From positions 124,001-188,000 of the forward strand of contig NZ_MWQY01000005.1 of NCBI RefSeq assembly GCF_002087085.1: 64,000 nt of DNA. Direction: 5' to 3'. The position numbers were made by a program, and so were the translations under genes. Positions 9,989 to 19,658 of the stretch are shown one piece after another. How positions within the stretch are numbered: position 1 is the stretch's first letter; each line of letters starts with the position of its first letter. The notes under the pieces are model-generated. The model saw only the letters and a list, made by a program, of their open reading frames with translations. It did no database searches and had not been told where the DNA came from.

Positions 9989-10718
9989 TAAGGATAACGA
10001 AATCCGGCTGCAGGTATTTCTTGCGCGATCGGGTATCGCATCACGAAGGGGTTCCGAGGATCTTATTCGTCAGGGACGGGTACGGGTCAATGGCAGGGTG
10101 ATAACCCGCATGGGCGAGAAGGTTTCCCTTGGCGATACAGTAGAGGTCGACCATAAGAAAATTTATCCTGACCGCAGATTTGTTTATGTTGCATTATATA
10201 AGCCGAAATTTGTCGTCTCTTCCCTGAATGATCCGGAGGGACGGACAACAGTAGCGGATATTATCAAGGGGAAATTCCCGTTCCGGCTTTTTCACGTCGG
10301 CAGGCTGGATTACCTCTCGTCGGGACTCATGTTCCTGACAAACGACGGGGAGTTCAGTCGGTTTATCACAAGCCCTGCTGTGGGAATTGAAAAGGAGTAC
10401 CTGGTGGAGGTGTCCAGGCCCATCAGCAAGGAGCTTCTGGACAGCTTTGTCCGGGGAATCACGATTGATGATGAAGTGCTCTCTGTCAGTTCATACAGGC
10501 TTGCGGGGGAAAAGGTTGCCTATCTGATCCTCAAAGAGGGCAAGAATCGCGAGATTCGACGGCTCTTTCATCACAATAAAATACGGGTAAAGAAGCTGCA
10601 TCGCGTCAGAATCGGCTCCGTAAACATCAAAGGAATGGTTCCCGGGGAATATCGTCTTCTTGCGGCGAGGGATCTGAAGGAACTGGGTTACAGACACGGA
10701 GGGGCCTTATGGTCGTAG
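9978..10718 (+). CDS. rluB: rRNA pseudouridine synthase, RluB/RsuA family with S4 domain
   Basis: RLQVFLARSGIASRR, VGRLD, EKEYLV, EGKNREIRR. Lies in the scpB-rluB-cmk context. Confidence 0.85.
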   Translation: MADNKDNEIRLQVFLARSGIASRRGSEDLIRQGRVRVNGRVITRMGEKVSLGDTVEVDHKKIYPDRRFVYVALYKPKFVVSSLNDPEGRTTVADIIKGKFPFRLFHVGRLDYLSSGLMFLTNDGEFSRFITSPAVGIEKEYLVEVSRPISKELLDSFVRGITIDDEVLSVSSYRLAGEKVAYLILKEGKNREIRRLFHHNKIRVKKLHRVRIGSVNIKGMVPGEYRLLAARDLKELGYRHGGALWS

Positions 10719-11383
10719 CAATAGACGGACCGGCGGGGGTTGGGAAGAGCAGTATTTCCGTTGAACTCGCTGGAAAAACGGGATTTCATTATCTGAATTC
10801 CGGGAATTTTTATCGAGCCGTGACCTACGCTGCCCTGCGGGAGAACCTCGATCTGGAAACACAGAGTATCGTTGAATCCTTCGCGGCCACCATTCAGTTT
10901 GAGTACCGGGACGGAGATATCTATCTGGCGGGAGACAATATAACCGCGGAGCTTCACAGCGACCAGGTTGACGCTCAGGTTGCTCAGGTCTCCTCCTTTC
11001 GTGGTGTCCGGGAGTGGGTTAATCAGCGTTTGCGAGAAATTTCCAGCCGACGGGATATTATCGTTGAAGGCCGGGATATAAGCACGGTGGTTTTTCCCGA
11101 CGCCGAGCTGAAGGTTTTTCTTGACGCCAGTCCGGAGGTTCGCGCCAGACGCCGCTTCGACCAGGGTGTCAGCGGGCTGAGTCTTGATGAGATAGCCGAA
11201 GGAATACGAAAGCGGGATGAAATTGACCGGTCCAAGGAGTGGGGACGTCTTGTCCGGGCTGAAGATGCCCTTTATGTTGATACTTCGGGCTTGACCATAG
11301 AAGAAGTTTGTGCCAAAGTAGTACGGAAAATTCACGAGATAACGCGTAAAAATATCGAGGAGACCGAGTCGAAGCATGAGTGA
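10709..11383 (+). CDS. cmk: Cytidylate kinase
   Basis: AIDGPAGVGKS, SGNFYRA, EGRDI, VVFPDA, RDEID. Confidence 0.95.
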   Translation: MVVAIDGPAGVGKSSISVELAGKTGFHYLNSGNFYRAVTYAALRENLDLETQSIVESFAATIQFEYRDGDIYLAGDNITAELHSDQVDAQVAQVSSFRGVREWVNQRLREISSRRDIIVEGRDISTVVFPDAELKVFLDASPEVRARRRFDQGVSGLSLDEIAEGIRKRDEIDRSKEWGRLVRAEDALYVDTSGLTIEEVCAKVVRKIHEITRKNIEETESKHE

Positions 11384-13076
11384 TCGAGAGCCTAACAACG
11401 GAGAGATGATACAATCCGAACTCCAGGAAGAATACCTCAAGAGCCTCGATGAACTGGAAGAGGGCCAGCTTGTTGAAGGTACGGTAATCGAGATTGGTCC
11501 GGAACAAGTATTTGTCGATGTAGGATACAAATCAGAAGGAAAAATCCCAACCGAAGAGTTCGAAACGGAACCCTCAATCGGTGACACCGTTTCGGTCGTC
11601 CTTGTAAGCAAAGAAGGGAAAGGCGGTCAGGTCGTTGTATCCAAAAAACGTGCCGACATGATCTCCTTCTGGCGGACCCTCAAGGAGGCCTCGGAGACGC
11701 AGGAACCAGTGGAGGGTACCTTTTCCAAGGTTATCAAGGGCGGCTTCGAAGTCGATCTCGGTTGCGGTATTACGGCCTTCAACCCCATGAGTCAGACCGA
11801 TGTGCGCCGTGTGGAAGATCCGGAAACCTTTGTCGGAACAAAATCAAAATTTTTGATTGAGCGTTTTCAGAAAGAAAAACGAGCAAGAATAGTACTTTCC
11901 CGCCGTTCATGGCTGGAGCGTGAGATAGAGAACAAGAGGGAAGAATTCTTCAACACCATTAAAGAAGGCGACGAAGTCGAGGGAAGGGTAAAATCCTTTA
12001 CCTCCTTCGGAGCTTTTATCGACCTTGGCGGGTTTGACGGCCTGCTTCATATAAACGACATGAGCTGGGGACACGCTTCCCGTCCCAAGGATTACGTCAA
12101 AAAGGACGAGGATCTGCGGGTCAAGGTCATAAAAATAGACCCGGAATCGAAAAAAATAAATCTTTCCCTCAAACACCTTACGCCGGATCCCTGGACGGTA
12201 TTCGAATCTAAATACCATGTCGACGATGTCGTTAAGGGTAAGGTAACCAAACTTGCAGATTTCGGTGCTTTCATCGAACTGGAAGATGGAATCGAGGGGC
12301 TGGCCCACGTGTCGGAGCTTTCCTGGGTGAGGAGAATCAAACACCCGAAAGAGGTGCTTGCCATCGGCGACGAAGTGGAAGTAAAGATCCTCGATTACGA
12401 TCTGGAAGCCGGCAGGGTGTCTCTGGGACTCAAACAGGTCCTGCCGAATCCCTGGGACTCAATTGAAGAACAGTATCCGGTGGGCAAACGTATGACCCTG
12501 GAGGTCAAAAAGCTTACCAATGCCGGCGCTTTTCTCGAGATAGAGGAAGGTATCGACGGGTTTCTGCATGTCGACGATCTCTCCTGGACCAAGAAAATCC
12601 GGCATCCCTCTGCAATGCTGAAGGAAGGCGAAAAGGTTGAGGTTGTCGTAATTGAGCTGGACAAGGAAGCCCGGAGAATTCGTCTTGGCGTAAAACAGCT
12701 CTCGGATGACCCCTGGCAGGCCCTGAAATCCGCTTTCCCCAAGGGAAGCAGAATCGAGGGGACGGTCAGCGGAATAACGGATTTTGGTGTCTTTGTCCGG
12801 GTGCAGGGCGATATAGAAGGACTCATTCCCAGGGCTCACTGTTTTGGCCCCGGCGAGGAACCCGTGGAAGATCTCGGCACAGTCTTCAAGGAAGGTGAGC
12901 CGGTTACTGCGGCTGTAATTGAGATCAATACCAACACCCAGCGTCTTGGGCTCTCCATCCGGGATCTCAAGAAGAAGCAGCAGCGGAAGGAGATGGCAAA
13001 GTACATTCATGATGAAGAGGAAGAATCGACCTTTACTCTCGGTGATTTTCTCAAAGACAAAGGTATCGATTCTTAG
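11376..13076 (+). CDS. rpsA: 30S ribosomal protein S1
   Basis: Six S1 repeats (DVGYKSEG, FGAFIDLGGFDGLLHI, FGAFIELEDGIEGLAHVSE, ...). Downstream of cmk. Confidence 0.97.
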   Translation: MSDREPNNGEMIQSELQEEYLKSLDELEEGQLVEGTVIEIGPEQVFVDVGYKSEGKIPTEEFETEPSIGDTVSVVLVSKEGKGGQVVVSKKRADMISFWRTLKEASETQEPVEGTFSKVIKGGFEVDLGCGITAFNPMSQTDVRRVEDPETFVGTKSKFLIERFQKEKRARIVLSRRSWLEREIENKREEFFNTIKEGDEVEGRVKSFTSFGAFIDLGGFDGLLHINDMSWGHASRPKDYVKKDEDLRVKVIKIDPESKKINLSLKHLTPDPWTVFESKYHVDDVVKGKVTKLADFGAFIELEDGIEGLAHVSELSWVRRIKHPKEVLAIGDEVEVKILDYDLEAGRVSLGLKQVLPNPWDSIEEQYPVGKRMTLEVKKLTNAGAFLEIEEGIDGFLHVDDLSWTKKIRHPSAMLKEGEKVEVVVIELDKEARRIRLGVKQLSDDPWQALKSAFPKGSRIEGTVSGITDFGVFVRVQGDIEGLIPRAHCFGPGEEPVEDLGTVFKEGEPVTAAVIEINTNTQRLGLSIRDLKKKQQRKEMAKYIHDEEEESTFTLGDFLKDKGIDS

Positions 13077-13088
13077 TTAAATTATGGT

Positions 13089-14615
13089 ATGCTCAGCCAA
13101 AATATTGATGCGGGTAAATTCGAAACACTAATTGAGATTAACACCCTCATAAACTCCGATTATTCGGATCCGAAAGCACTGTTAACGCGGATCCTTGAAT
13201 CGGCGACACGCCTCACCGCTGGTGAGGCGTCTTCGTTATTACTGCTGAACTCTGAAAACAATAAACTGTACTTTGAGATTTCCCTGGGTTCCAAAGGGCC
13301 GGATGTGCAGCAGTTCTCGCTGAACCTGGGCGAGGGCATAGCCGGCTGGGTAGCCCAGAACAACCGCAGTCTCATTGTGAATGACGTGGAAAAGGATAAG
13401 CGCTTTTTCGCGGATATAAGCGAACAGATCGGTTTTTCAACAAAATCCATACTTGCAGTACCCATGCGCATCAAAGAACAGTGTGTCGGCGTTATTGAGA
13501 TTATCAACAAGACAGATGGAGCCCTCTTTGAACAGGAGGACCTGGAATGGCTCGAGGTCTTCGCCAACCAGGCCGCCCTTGCCATAGTAAACGCCCGAAG
13601 TTTCCAGAAGGTTCAGAACGAGGTCTCCTTTCTGCGCGGACAGATTGATGAAAGGCAGTATTCCACCTTTGTGGGCAGGAGCGAGGCCATACGCAGCTGT
13701 CTTTCCATAGCCCATAAAGCGGCCGTCACCGACAGTTCTGTCCTGATAACCGGTGAAAGCGGTGCGGGCAAGGAGCTCGTGGCGGAACAGATCCACATGA
13801 ACTCCCATCGCAGGGGAGGCCCCTTTATCCGGGTCAACTGTGCGGCATTGCCGGAGAGTCTCATAGAGAGTGAGCTGTTCGGACACGTCAAGGGAGCTTT
13901 TACCGATGCAGCCCAGGACAGGCGGGGGCGTTTCGAACTTGCCGACGGGGGCACCATTTTTCTCGACGAAATCGGAGAGGTCCCCCTTAACGTTCAGGCA
14001 AAACTGCTCCGGGTTATCCAGAGCAGAGTATTCGAGAGGGTCGGGTCTTCCGAGCCAATGAGTTCAGATGTGCGTATTATTGCAGCCACAAACAGGAACC
14101 TGGCGAAGTCAATTGAAAACAACAGTTTTAGAAGGGATTTATATTACCGATTAAACGTGCTCCCCATTACGGTTCCGGCTCTCAGGGAACGCCAGGAGGA
14201 TGTTCCTTTACTTGCTGAGCATTTTTTAAAACTCTACAGCGCAGAGATGAACAAGAAGATAACCGGCTTTTCCTCTGAAGCCATGGAAATATTAATGCGC
14301 TACGAGTGGCCCGGAAATGTTCGGGAACTGCAGAACGTAATTGAACGGGCTGTTGTGCTTGCGGGGAACGAAAAATTGCAGGCAGAGGATCTTATGCTGA
14401 TGCAGGATGCCACGGAAAGCTCGTCCATTTATCAAGGACGGACCCTGAAGGAAGCCATCAATTTGTTTAAACGTCATTTTGTTACGGACACCCTTAAAAA
14501 AAACGGGGGAGTCCAGAAACACGCTGCCCGGGAACTGGGCATACAGAGAACATATTTATCAAGACTCATAAAAGAGCTTAATATTAGTTTGACCAACGAA
14601 AACGAGGAGTACTGA
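13089..14615 (+). CDS. Sigma-54-dependent enhancer-binding protein: GAF + AAA+ + Fis-type HTH
   Basis: GAF (GEGIAGWV...NDVEKDKRF...SILAVPM...IINK), Walker A GESGAGKE, ESELFGHVKGAFTDA, FLDEIG, FRRDLYYRLNV, WPGNVREL, AARELGI. Confidence 0.93.
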   Translation: MLSQNIDAGKFETLIEINTLINSDYSDPKALLTRILESATRLTAGEASSLLLLNSENNKLYFEISLGSKGPDVQQFSLNLGEGIAGWVAQNNRSLIVNDVEKDKRFFADISEQIGFSTKSILAVPMRIKEQCVGVIEIINKTDGALFEQEDLEWLEVFANQAALAIVNARSFQKVQNEVSFLRGQIDERQYSTFVGRSEAIRSCLSIAHKAAVTDSSVLITGESGAGKELVAEQIHMNSHRRGGPFIRVNCAALPESLIESELFGHVKGAFTDAAQDRRGRFELADGGTIFLDEIGEVPLNVQAKLLRVIQSRVFERVGSSEPMSSDVRIIAATNRNLAKSIENNSFRRDLYYRLNVLPITVPALRERQEDVPLLAEHFLKLYSAEMNKKITGFSSEAMEILMRYEWPGNVRELQNVIERAVVLAGNEKLQAEDLMLMQDATESSSIYQGRTLKEAINLFKRHFVTDTLKKNGGVQKHAARELGIQRTYLSRLIKELNISLTNENEEY

Positions 14616-14616
14616 A

Positions 14617-15285
14617 ATGGAAAATCAGGAAAAGCTGGGTCTGGGCACACACATTGCCCAATGGATTCAGAAACGGAAAAAGATTCTGCTCTCAACTTTT
14701 GCAATTCTTATTGTTGTTCTGGCCGTGCTGGGGATACTCAGCAGTCTTGCTTCGGCGAAAAGCAGGAAGGCGGCAGAAAGTCTGGTGGAGTTTGAAGAAC
14801 TCTATACCCAGTGGAATAATGCAACAACGGAGGAACGGGAAGGTTTTATCGAAAAGATCGTAACAGCTTTTGATGAAATTGAGACAGAGTATTCCGGCAC
14901 CTATGCCCATCAAAGAGGTTTATTCATGATGGGAGACTTTTACTTTACCAATGAGGACTGGGAGAATTCACTGGACAAGTACCTGGCCCTTGCCGGGAGC
15001 TACAGTGAAAGTTACCTGGCCCCTGTTGCCTTGTACAATGCCGCTGCGGCCTGCGAAGAGCTCGGGGATAATGAAAGGGCCCTTGAAAACTATCGCCGCA
15101 TATCCGACGAGTATTCTGAATCGGCTCTTGCGCCCCGATCTCTCTTTTCTGTCGGTCGCCTGGAGGAACAGATCTCAGCTGATCAGGCGCTGTCGGCATA
15201 CAATGAGCTTATTGAAAGCTACCCTCAGAGCAATTGGACAAAGCTGGCACGAAGCCGTATAATTGAGTTGAATATTTCAAAATAA
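14617..15285 (+). CDS. Membrane-anchored TPR protein (YfgM/CpoB-like)
   Basis: N-terminal transmembrane segment followed by TPR pairs (YLAPVALYNAA, LAPRSLFSVGR, YPQSNW). Confidence 0.8.
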   Translation: MENQEKLGLGTHIAQWIQKRKKILLSTFAILIVVLAVLGILSSLASAKSRKAAESLVEFEELYTQWNNATTEEREGFIEKIVTAFDEIETEYSGTYAHQRGLFMMGDFYFTNEDWENSLDKYLALAGSYSESYLAPVALYNAAAACEELGDNERALENYRRISDEYSESALAPRSLFSVGRLEEQISADQALSAYNELIESYPQSNWTKLARSRIIELNISK

Positions 15286-15312
15286 CGTATCCCGCAACAA
15301 AGGGGCAGAGGG

Positions 15313-17733
15313 GTGAAGAAAAACACAAAACGAAGACGTAAGATACTGGAGACTAAATACTTTGGTTTTCTTATAGGTCTTTTTCTATTTGGATTCATCC
15401 TTCTGCTTAATGAAAACACCAGCATTTTCAGCAACATCGAGGAGCAGATGCTGGATGTTCATTTCGGATTTAAAACAGTTACCGGGAGGGAGAGCATCCA
15501 GGAAGGGGTTCTTCAGGAAGAGTTTGATCCGAAAATTTCCGATGATATTCTTATTGTCGCCATTGATTTCAATTCCCTCAGTCAGTTTGGAAAATGGCCT
15601 TTTCCAAGGTACCGGGAGGCGGACCTTCTGAACTCCTTTTCCCGCATCCAGAATCAGGATGAGCGGGAACGTTCGGTCTTTCTCGATATATTCTTTATTG
15701 AGCCGGATGAAAAAGGCTATGACGATGTCCTGCTCCTGGAAGCCATAGATGACAACGAAAGGGTTTTTCTGGAGACAGTACTGGATGAATTCCCGCCGTC
15801 CTCCAGGGAATACGATGAATTTTTCAGCCGGCAGGATGTTTTGATTGAACGCTGGGGAAAAATTACGAATATCCAGGGAGACTGGCATGAGATCCCTGCC
15901 TTCTATGGACTCCAGCCGCCCTTGATACCCTTCGCAGAGAAGAGCCGCGGGTATGGGCATGCCAATTTCAACACGGATTCAGACAAGGTGTACCGACGAC
16001 AGCAGCTGGTTGCAAAATCATCCCGTCTTGTCGAAAGCTTTCGACTCGATGATCTGATTTCAATGAGTTCTGCTCTTCCCGTGGACAGTTCCCGTTTTGA
16101 GCGTCTTGAATGGGTCGATAAAAAGGAACGGCCCCATACCATACCCCCCGGTACAACACCGGAGGATTTTGCGCAGATTGTGGAAGAGATAAAAGAAAAT
16201 GCACCCCTTCGCACCGTGGATACCGACAATGACGGTACTATAGATGAGTCCTACCATGTAATCCGAAAATATCAGGACATCTTTGTCCCTGCCATTACAC
16301 TGTCTCTTGCTCTGGATTACTTCAATAAAAGCTGCGACGACCTGGAGGTCGTTCTCGGTGAGTATATTCGTATACCCGAACCCATGAAATTCGATGTGGA
16401 AAACTCCACCTGGCTGCCCTATGAGATCACTGTGCGGGATGCGGTATACAATGCTGACGAGGTGCTGGAAAAGCCTGCAGAAACCAGAATACTGGAAGAG
16501 ATAAAGATTCCCATCGATGAATATGGAAATATGCTGATCAATTACATGGGCCCCAAATCCTTCGCCGATCCTCAAGGGAGAAAAACCTTTCCAGTCAGGT
16601 CCTTTGCCGGGTATGCTGCGAATCCCCCTGGAACGGATCCTGAAACCTGGCCCCGGACAAAGGCGCTGGGGAATAAAATCATCATGGTAGGTGCCTTTGC
16701 CAGAGGCATAGCGGATGACGAAAAACCGACCCCCTTTGGACTGATGTACGGGGTGGAAATTCATGCCAATGCCCTGAATACAATCCTTATGGACAACTTT
16801 CTCCACCACGTCCCTGCATGGGTAAACTACCTGGTTCTCTTTGCGGCTGTTATGCTTGTGGCCTTGATCAGTTCACGCATGCCGACTCTCTGGGCTCTGG
16901 TATTGCTGCTTGCAGGTCTTCTGGCTCTTTTTCTGACCGTATCTATTGTTTTTGAATCCCGGAACCTGATCATTGATTACAGTCCCTCGGCAATTGCAGC
17001 CGTTCTTACCTTTCTCTCCATTATCGCCTACAGGGTCATGACGGAAGAACGGGACAAGCGGATGATCCGCAATATGTTTGGAAAGTACGTATCCCCGGGT
17101 GTGGTAGACCATCTTATTGACAATCCCCCTGAACTGGGCGGGGTAGACAAACAGTTGACTGTTTTCTTTTCCGATGTGCGCGGTTTTACAACCCTGTCCG
17201 AAAGCATGACTCCCCAGGAACTTCTGAACCATCTCAATGTCTATTTCACGCTTATGACAGATATTATCCTGGATTACAAAGGTACCCTGGACAAGTATGT
17301 CGGGGACGAGATAATGTGCTTCTGGGGTGCCCCGCTGCCACAGGAAGAACACGCCCTGCTTGCCTGTCAATGTGCGCTTAAACAGAAGAAGGCCCTGGAA
17401 GAGCTTAACGCCTCCTGGCCGCCGGAAAAGCGTATCAATATAGGAATCGGAATCAACTCTGGTATCATGACCGTTGGAAACGTGGGTTCAGAAGGCCGAA
17501 TGAACTACACCCTGATGGGAGACCCCGTTAACCTGGGGGCACGCCTGGAGGGCACCAATAAACAGTATGGTACGACCATTATCATAAGTGAGTTTACCTA
17601 CGGTTTTGTAAAAGATAAGGTCACGGCGCGGGAACTCGATAACATCCGTGTAAAGGGAAAGAACAAACCGGTACTGATCTATGAACTTGTGGACTGTCTT
17701 GACGACGGGGCATCTGGACCGGCAGCCGGTTAG
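15313..17733 (+). CDS. CHASE2-domain class III adenylyl cyclase
   Basis: CHASE2 motifs (IVAID, GKWPFPR, GHAN, TPFGLMYGVEIHANAL), three TM helices, cyclase motifs FSDVRGFT, LDKYVGD, YTLMGDPVNLGARLE, VKGK. Confidence 0.93.
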   Translation: MKKNTKRRRKILETKYFGFLIGLFLFGFILLLNENTSIFSNIEEQMLDVHFGFKTVTGRESIQEGVLQEEFDPKISDDILIVAIDFNSLSQFGKWPFPRYREADLLNSFSRIQNQDERERSVFLDIFFIEPDEKGYDDVLLLEAIDDNERVFLETVLDEFPPSSREYDEFFSRQDVLIERWGKITNIQGDWHEIPAFYGLQPPLIPFAEKSRGYGHANFNTDSDKVYRRQQLVAKSSRLVESFRLDDLISMSSALPVDSSRFERLEWVDKKERPHTIPPGTTPEDFAQIVEEIKENAPLRTVDTDNDGTIDESYHVIRKYQDIFVPAITLSLALDYFNKSCDDLEVVLGEYIRIPEPMKFDVENSTWLPYEITVRDAVYNADEVLEKPAETRILEEIKIPIDEYGNMLINYMGPKSFADPQGRKTFPVRSFAGYAANPPGTDPETWPRTKALGNKIIMVGAFARGIADDEKPTPFGLMYGVEIHANALNTILMDNFLHHVPAWVNYLVLFAAVMLVALISSRMPTLWALVLLLAGLLALFLTVSIVFESRNLIIDYSPSAIAAVLTFLSIIAYRVMTEERDKRMIRNMFGKYVSPGVVDHLIDNPPELGGVDKQLTVFFSDVRGFTTLSESMTPQELLNHLNVYFTLMTDIILDYKGTLDKYVGDEIMCFWGAPLPQEEHALLACQCALKQKKALEELNASWPPEKRINIGIGINSGIMTVGNVGSEGRMNYTLMGDPVNLGARLEGTNKQYGTTIIISEFTYGFVKDKVTARELDNIRVKGKNKPVLIYELVDCLDDGASGPAAG

Positions 17734-17743
17734 GGCAGGGGAA

Positions 17744-18478
17744 GTGTCAAAGTTCCTGGTACCTCTGATTACCTTGATCGTAATGTCCATGGTAATCTCA
17801 TCATGCGGTATGCCAACCGAGGCATATCTGTATGCGCCTGTCAGAAGGACTGTAGATTTTGACAGCGGAATAATGAATTTCGAGAATTCCACGGAGAACG
17901 ACGCCGATATTTTTTTAGGATACATGCTTTTCTATCGATTTTATCTTTCGGGTAATTTACCCGCCGGTACAGGTGATACTGATGCCTGGGATGATCTGGG
18001 GGAAGCTTTTTTTACCACATCGGTATTGAATACCTACGACAAGGAAAACGAACGGGGTTATTACAGTACGGCAAATAATTATTCTCTTTTCAAGATTCTG
18101 GAGATTCCAATGGGGAACAGGGGCGATGCTTTTATTGTTACCCTTGATTTCAGTGATCTTGGGGGAGTAAATACCTTCGGTAATCTTCTGGGCAGCGATT
18201 TTGATTTAAGGCGATCCTTCCAACGGGAAGAACTGGGGGATGATAAATGGATCGAAGAAATAACTGTTGGCGGCGAAAGGATATTTTTCTCTGAAATTCT
18301 TCAGGACTACGATATAACTGATTCTGACCTTCCTCCCGGTATTACAGAACCCCTGGCAGAAAAAGAGCTGGTCTGCGCGGTGTGGACAGTGGCCTATGGT
18401 TTTGATATTTACGATACTTTTCAAAACGTGTACAGTAAGCCCGTCTATCTGGGTAATTTTATGTTTACCATAAATTAA
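17744..18478 (+). CDS. Hypothetical lipoprotein
   Basis: GTG start at 17744 gives a hydrophobic signal ending VISSC. Acidic mature part with no recognised domain. Confidence 0.7.
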   Translation: MSKFLVPLITLIVMSMVISSCGMPTEAYLYAPVRRTVDFDSGIMNFENSTENDADIFLGYMLFYRFYLSGNLPAGTGDTDAWDDLGEAFFTTSVLNTYDKENERGYYSTANNYSLFKILEIPMGNRGDAFIVTLDFSDLGGVNTFGNLLGSDFDLRRSFQREELGDDKWIEEITVGGERIFFSEILQDYDITDSDLPPGITEPLAEKELVCAVWTVAYGFDIYDTFQNVYSKPVYLGNFMFTIN

Positions 18479-18495
18479 TTAAAGGCAGGCATCAT

Positions 18496-18789
18496 ATGTT
18501 CAGCTACTATTTTAACATTGCCCTGGTGTATATCCTTCTAGGTTTTATTACAGCGGTGTTCTTTTATTTTATACTGAAAAGGGACATCTTCGGCCGTTTC
18601 TGGGGCGCCTTGATCGTTGCTCTCATAGGCTCCTTTGCCGGGGGAGTCTTCGGCTATATCCTGGATGATCTTATTACGCGTCTGACGAGGGTCAACGGGA
18701 CGGTAAATATTTTCCCGCCCCTTATTACGGCATTTATCTGTATCTGGGTATTCTCGAACCTGAGCGAAAAACAGAAAAAGGATGACTGA
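18496..18789 (+). CDS. Small membrane protein (GlsB/YeaQ/YmgE-like)
   Basis: 97 aa, three hydrophobic segments, motif LIVALIGSFAGG. Confidence 0.7.
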   Translation: MFSYYFNIALVYILLGFITAVFFYFILKRDIFGRFWGALIVALIGSFAGGVFGYILDDLITRLTRVNGTVNIFPPLITAFICIWVFSNLSEKQKKDD

Positions 18790-18814
18790 CATTACTTCCG
18801 ATAATTTATATTCT
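18786..18814 (+). promoter_or_regulatory. Possible sigma-70 promoter for mazG
   Basis: CTGACA-17 bp-TATTCT. Confidence 0.4.
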
Positions 18815-18854
18815 GTCTACCTGAGTGTTGCCTGGAATAAGAAGGATTTACGGT

Positions 18855-19658
18855 GTGACCGATAGAAAAGAAACCTTTAATGATCTTTACGCTATAATCT
18901 CCCGCTTGAGAGCACCCGACGGATGTCCCTGGGACAGAAAGCAGACCATGGAGGATATGAAAAAATATCTTCTTGAAGAGAGCTATGAAACTGTAACAGC
19001 TGTTCAGGAAAATGACAAGGAATCAATAAAAGAAGAAATTGGTGATGTTTTCCTGATACTCTCCATGATGATGCGAATTGCTGAGGAGAACGGTGATTTT
19101 TACCCCGGCGATGTATTCAATGAAATATGCCGGAAACTCGTACGCCGTCATCCCCATGTCTTTGGAGAAGAAGAAATTGATGATCCCGAAAAAGTAAAGG
19201 AAAAATGGGACGAGATAAAAACCACGCTGGAAGGCAGAAAAAAGAAGAAAGGGGTACATGCCGTCTCTCCAGGCTTCCCTCCCCTGGAACGCTCCTACAA
19301 GATTCAAAAAAGAGCGGCTAAAGAAGGATTCGACTGGGAAGATCACAATGGCCCTTTCAGGAAGATCGAAGAAGAACTTGAAGAACTGAAGAATGCCATC
19401 GAAAAGAGAAAAAACAGCGATACGGAAGAAGAACTGGGTGATCTGCTTTTCTCCGTAGTCAACATAGCGCGCAAATTGAATGTTGATCCCATGACTGCCC
19501 TGCACCGGACAAACCAAAAGTTCCTTGCACGATATTCGGAAGTAGAGCGTCTCATGAAGGAAAATTCATTGGAGATGAAACAGGAGAATCTGGAAATTAT
19601 GGACCGCTACTGGAACCAGGCAAAGAAACTGGAACAGAATCCGGATGTTCAGACCTGA
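18855..19658 (+). CDS. mazG: Nucleoside triphosphate pyrophosphohydrolase
   Basis: LRAPDGCPWDRKQT, EESYE, EEIGD, RRHPHVF, GFDW, EELGDLLF. Probable GTG start at 18855 after AAGGA. Confidence 0.95.
   Translation: MTDRKETFNDLYAIISRLRAPDGCPWDRKQTMEDMKKYLLEESYETVTAVQENDKESIKEEIGDVFLILSMMMRIAEENGDFYPGDVFNEICRKLVRRHPHVFGEEEIDDPEKVKEKWDEIKTTLEGRKKKKGVHAVSPGFPPLERSYKIQKRAAKEGFDWEDHNGPFRKIEEELEELKNAIEKRKNSDTEEELGDLLFSVVNIARKLNVDPMTALHRTNQKFLARYSEVERLMKENSLEMKQENLEIMDRYWNQAKKLEQNPDVQT

Noticed and set aside
15245..15260. TGGCACG as a possible sigma-54 promoter before the cyclase gene
   Set aside because: The -12 element reads CGTA rather than TTGC. A second TGGCACG at about 45852 is intragenic with wrong spacing.
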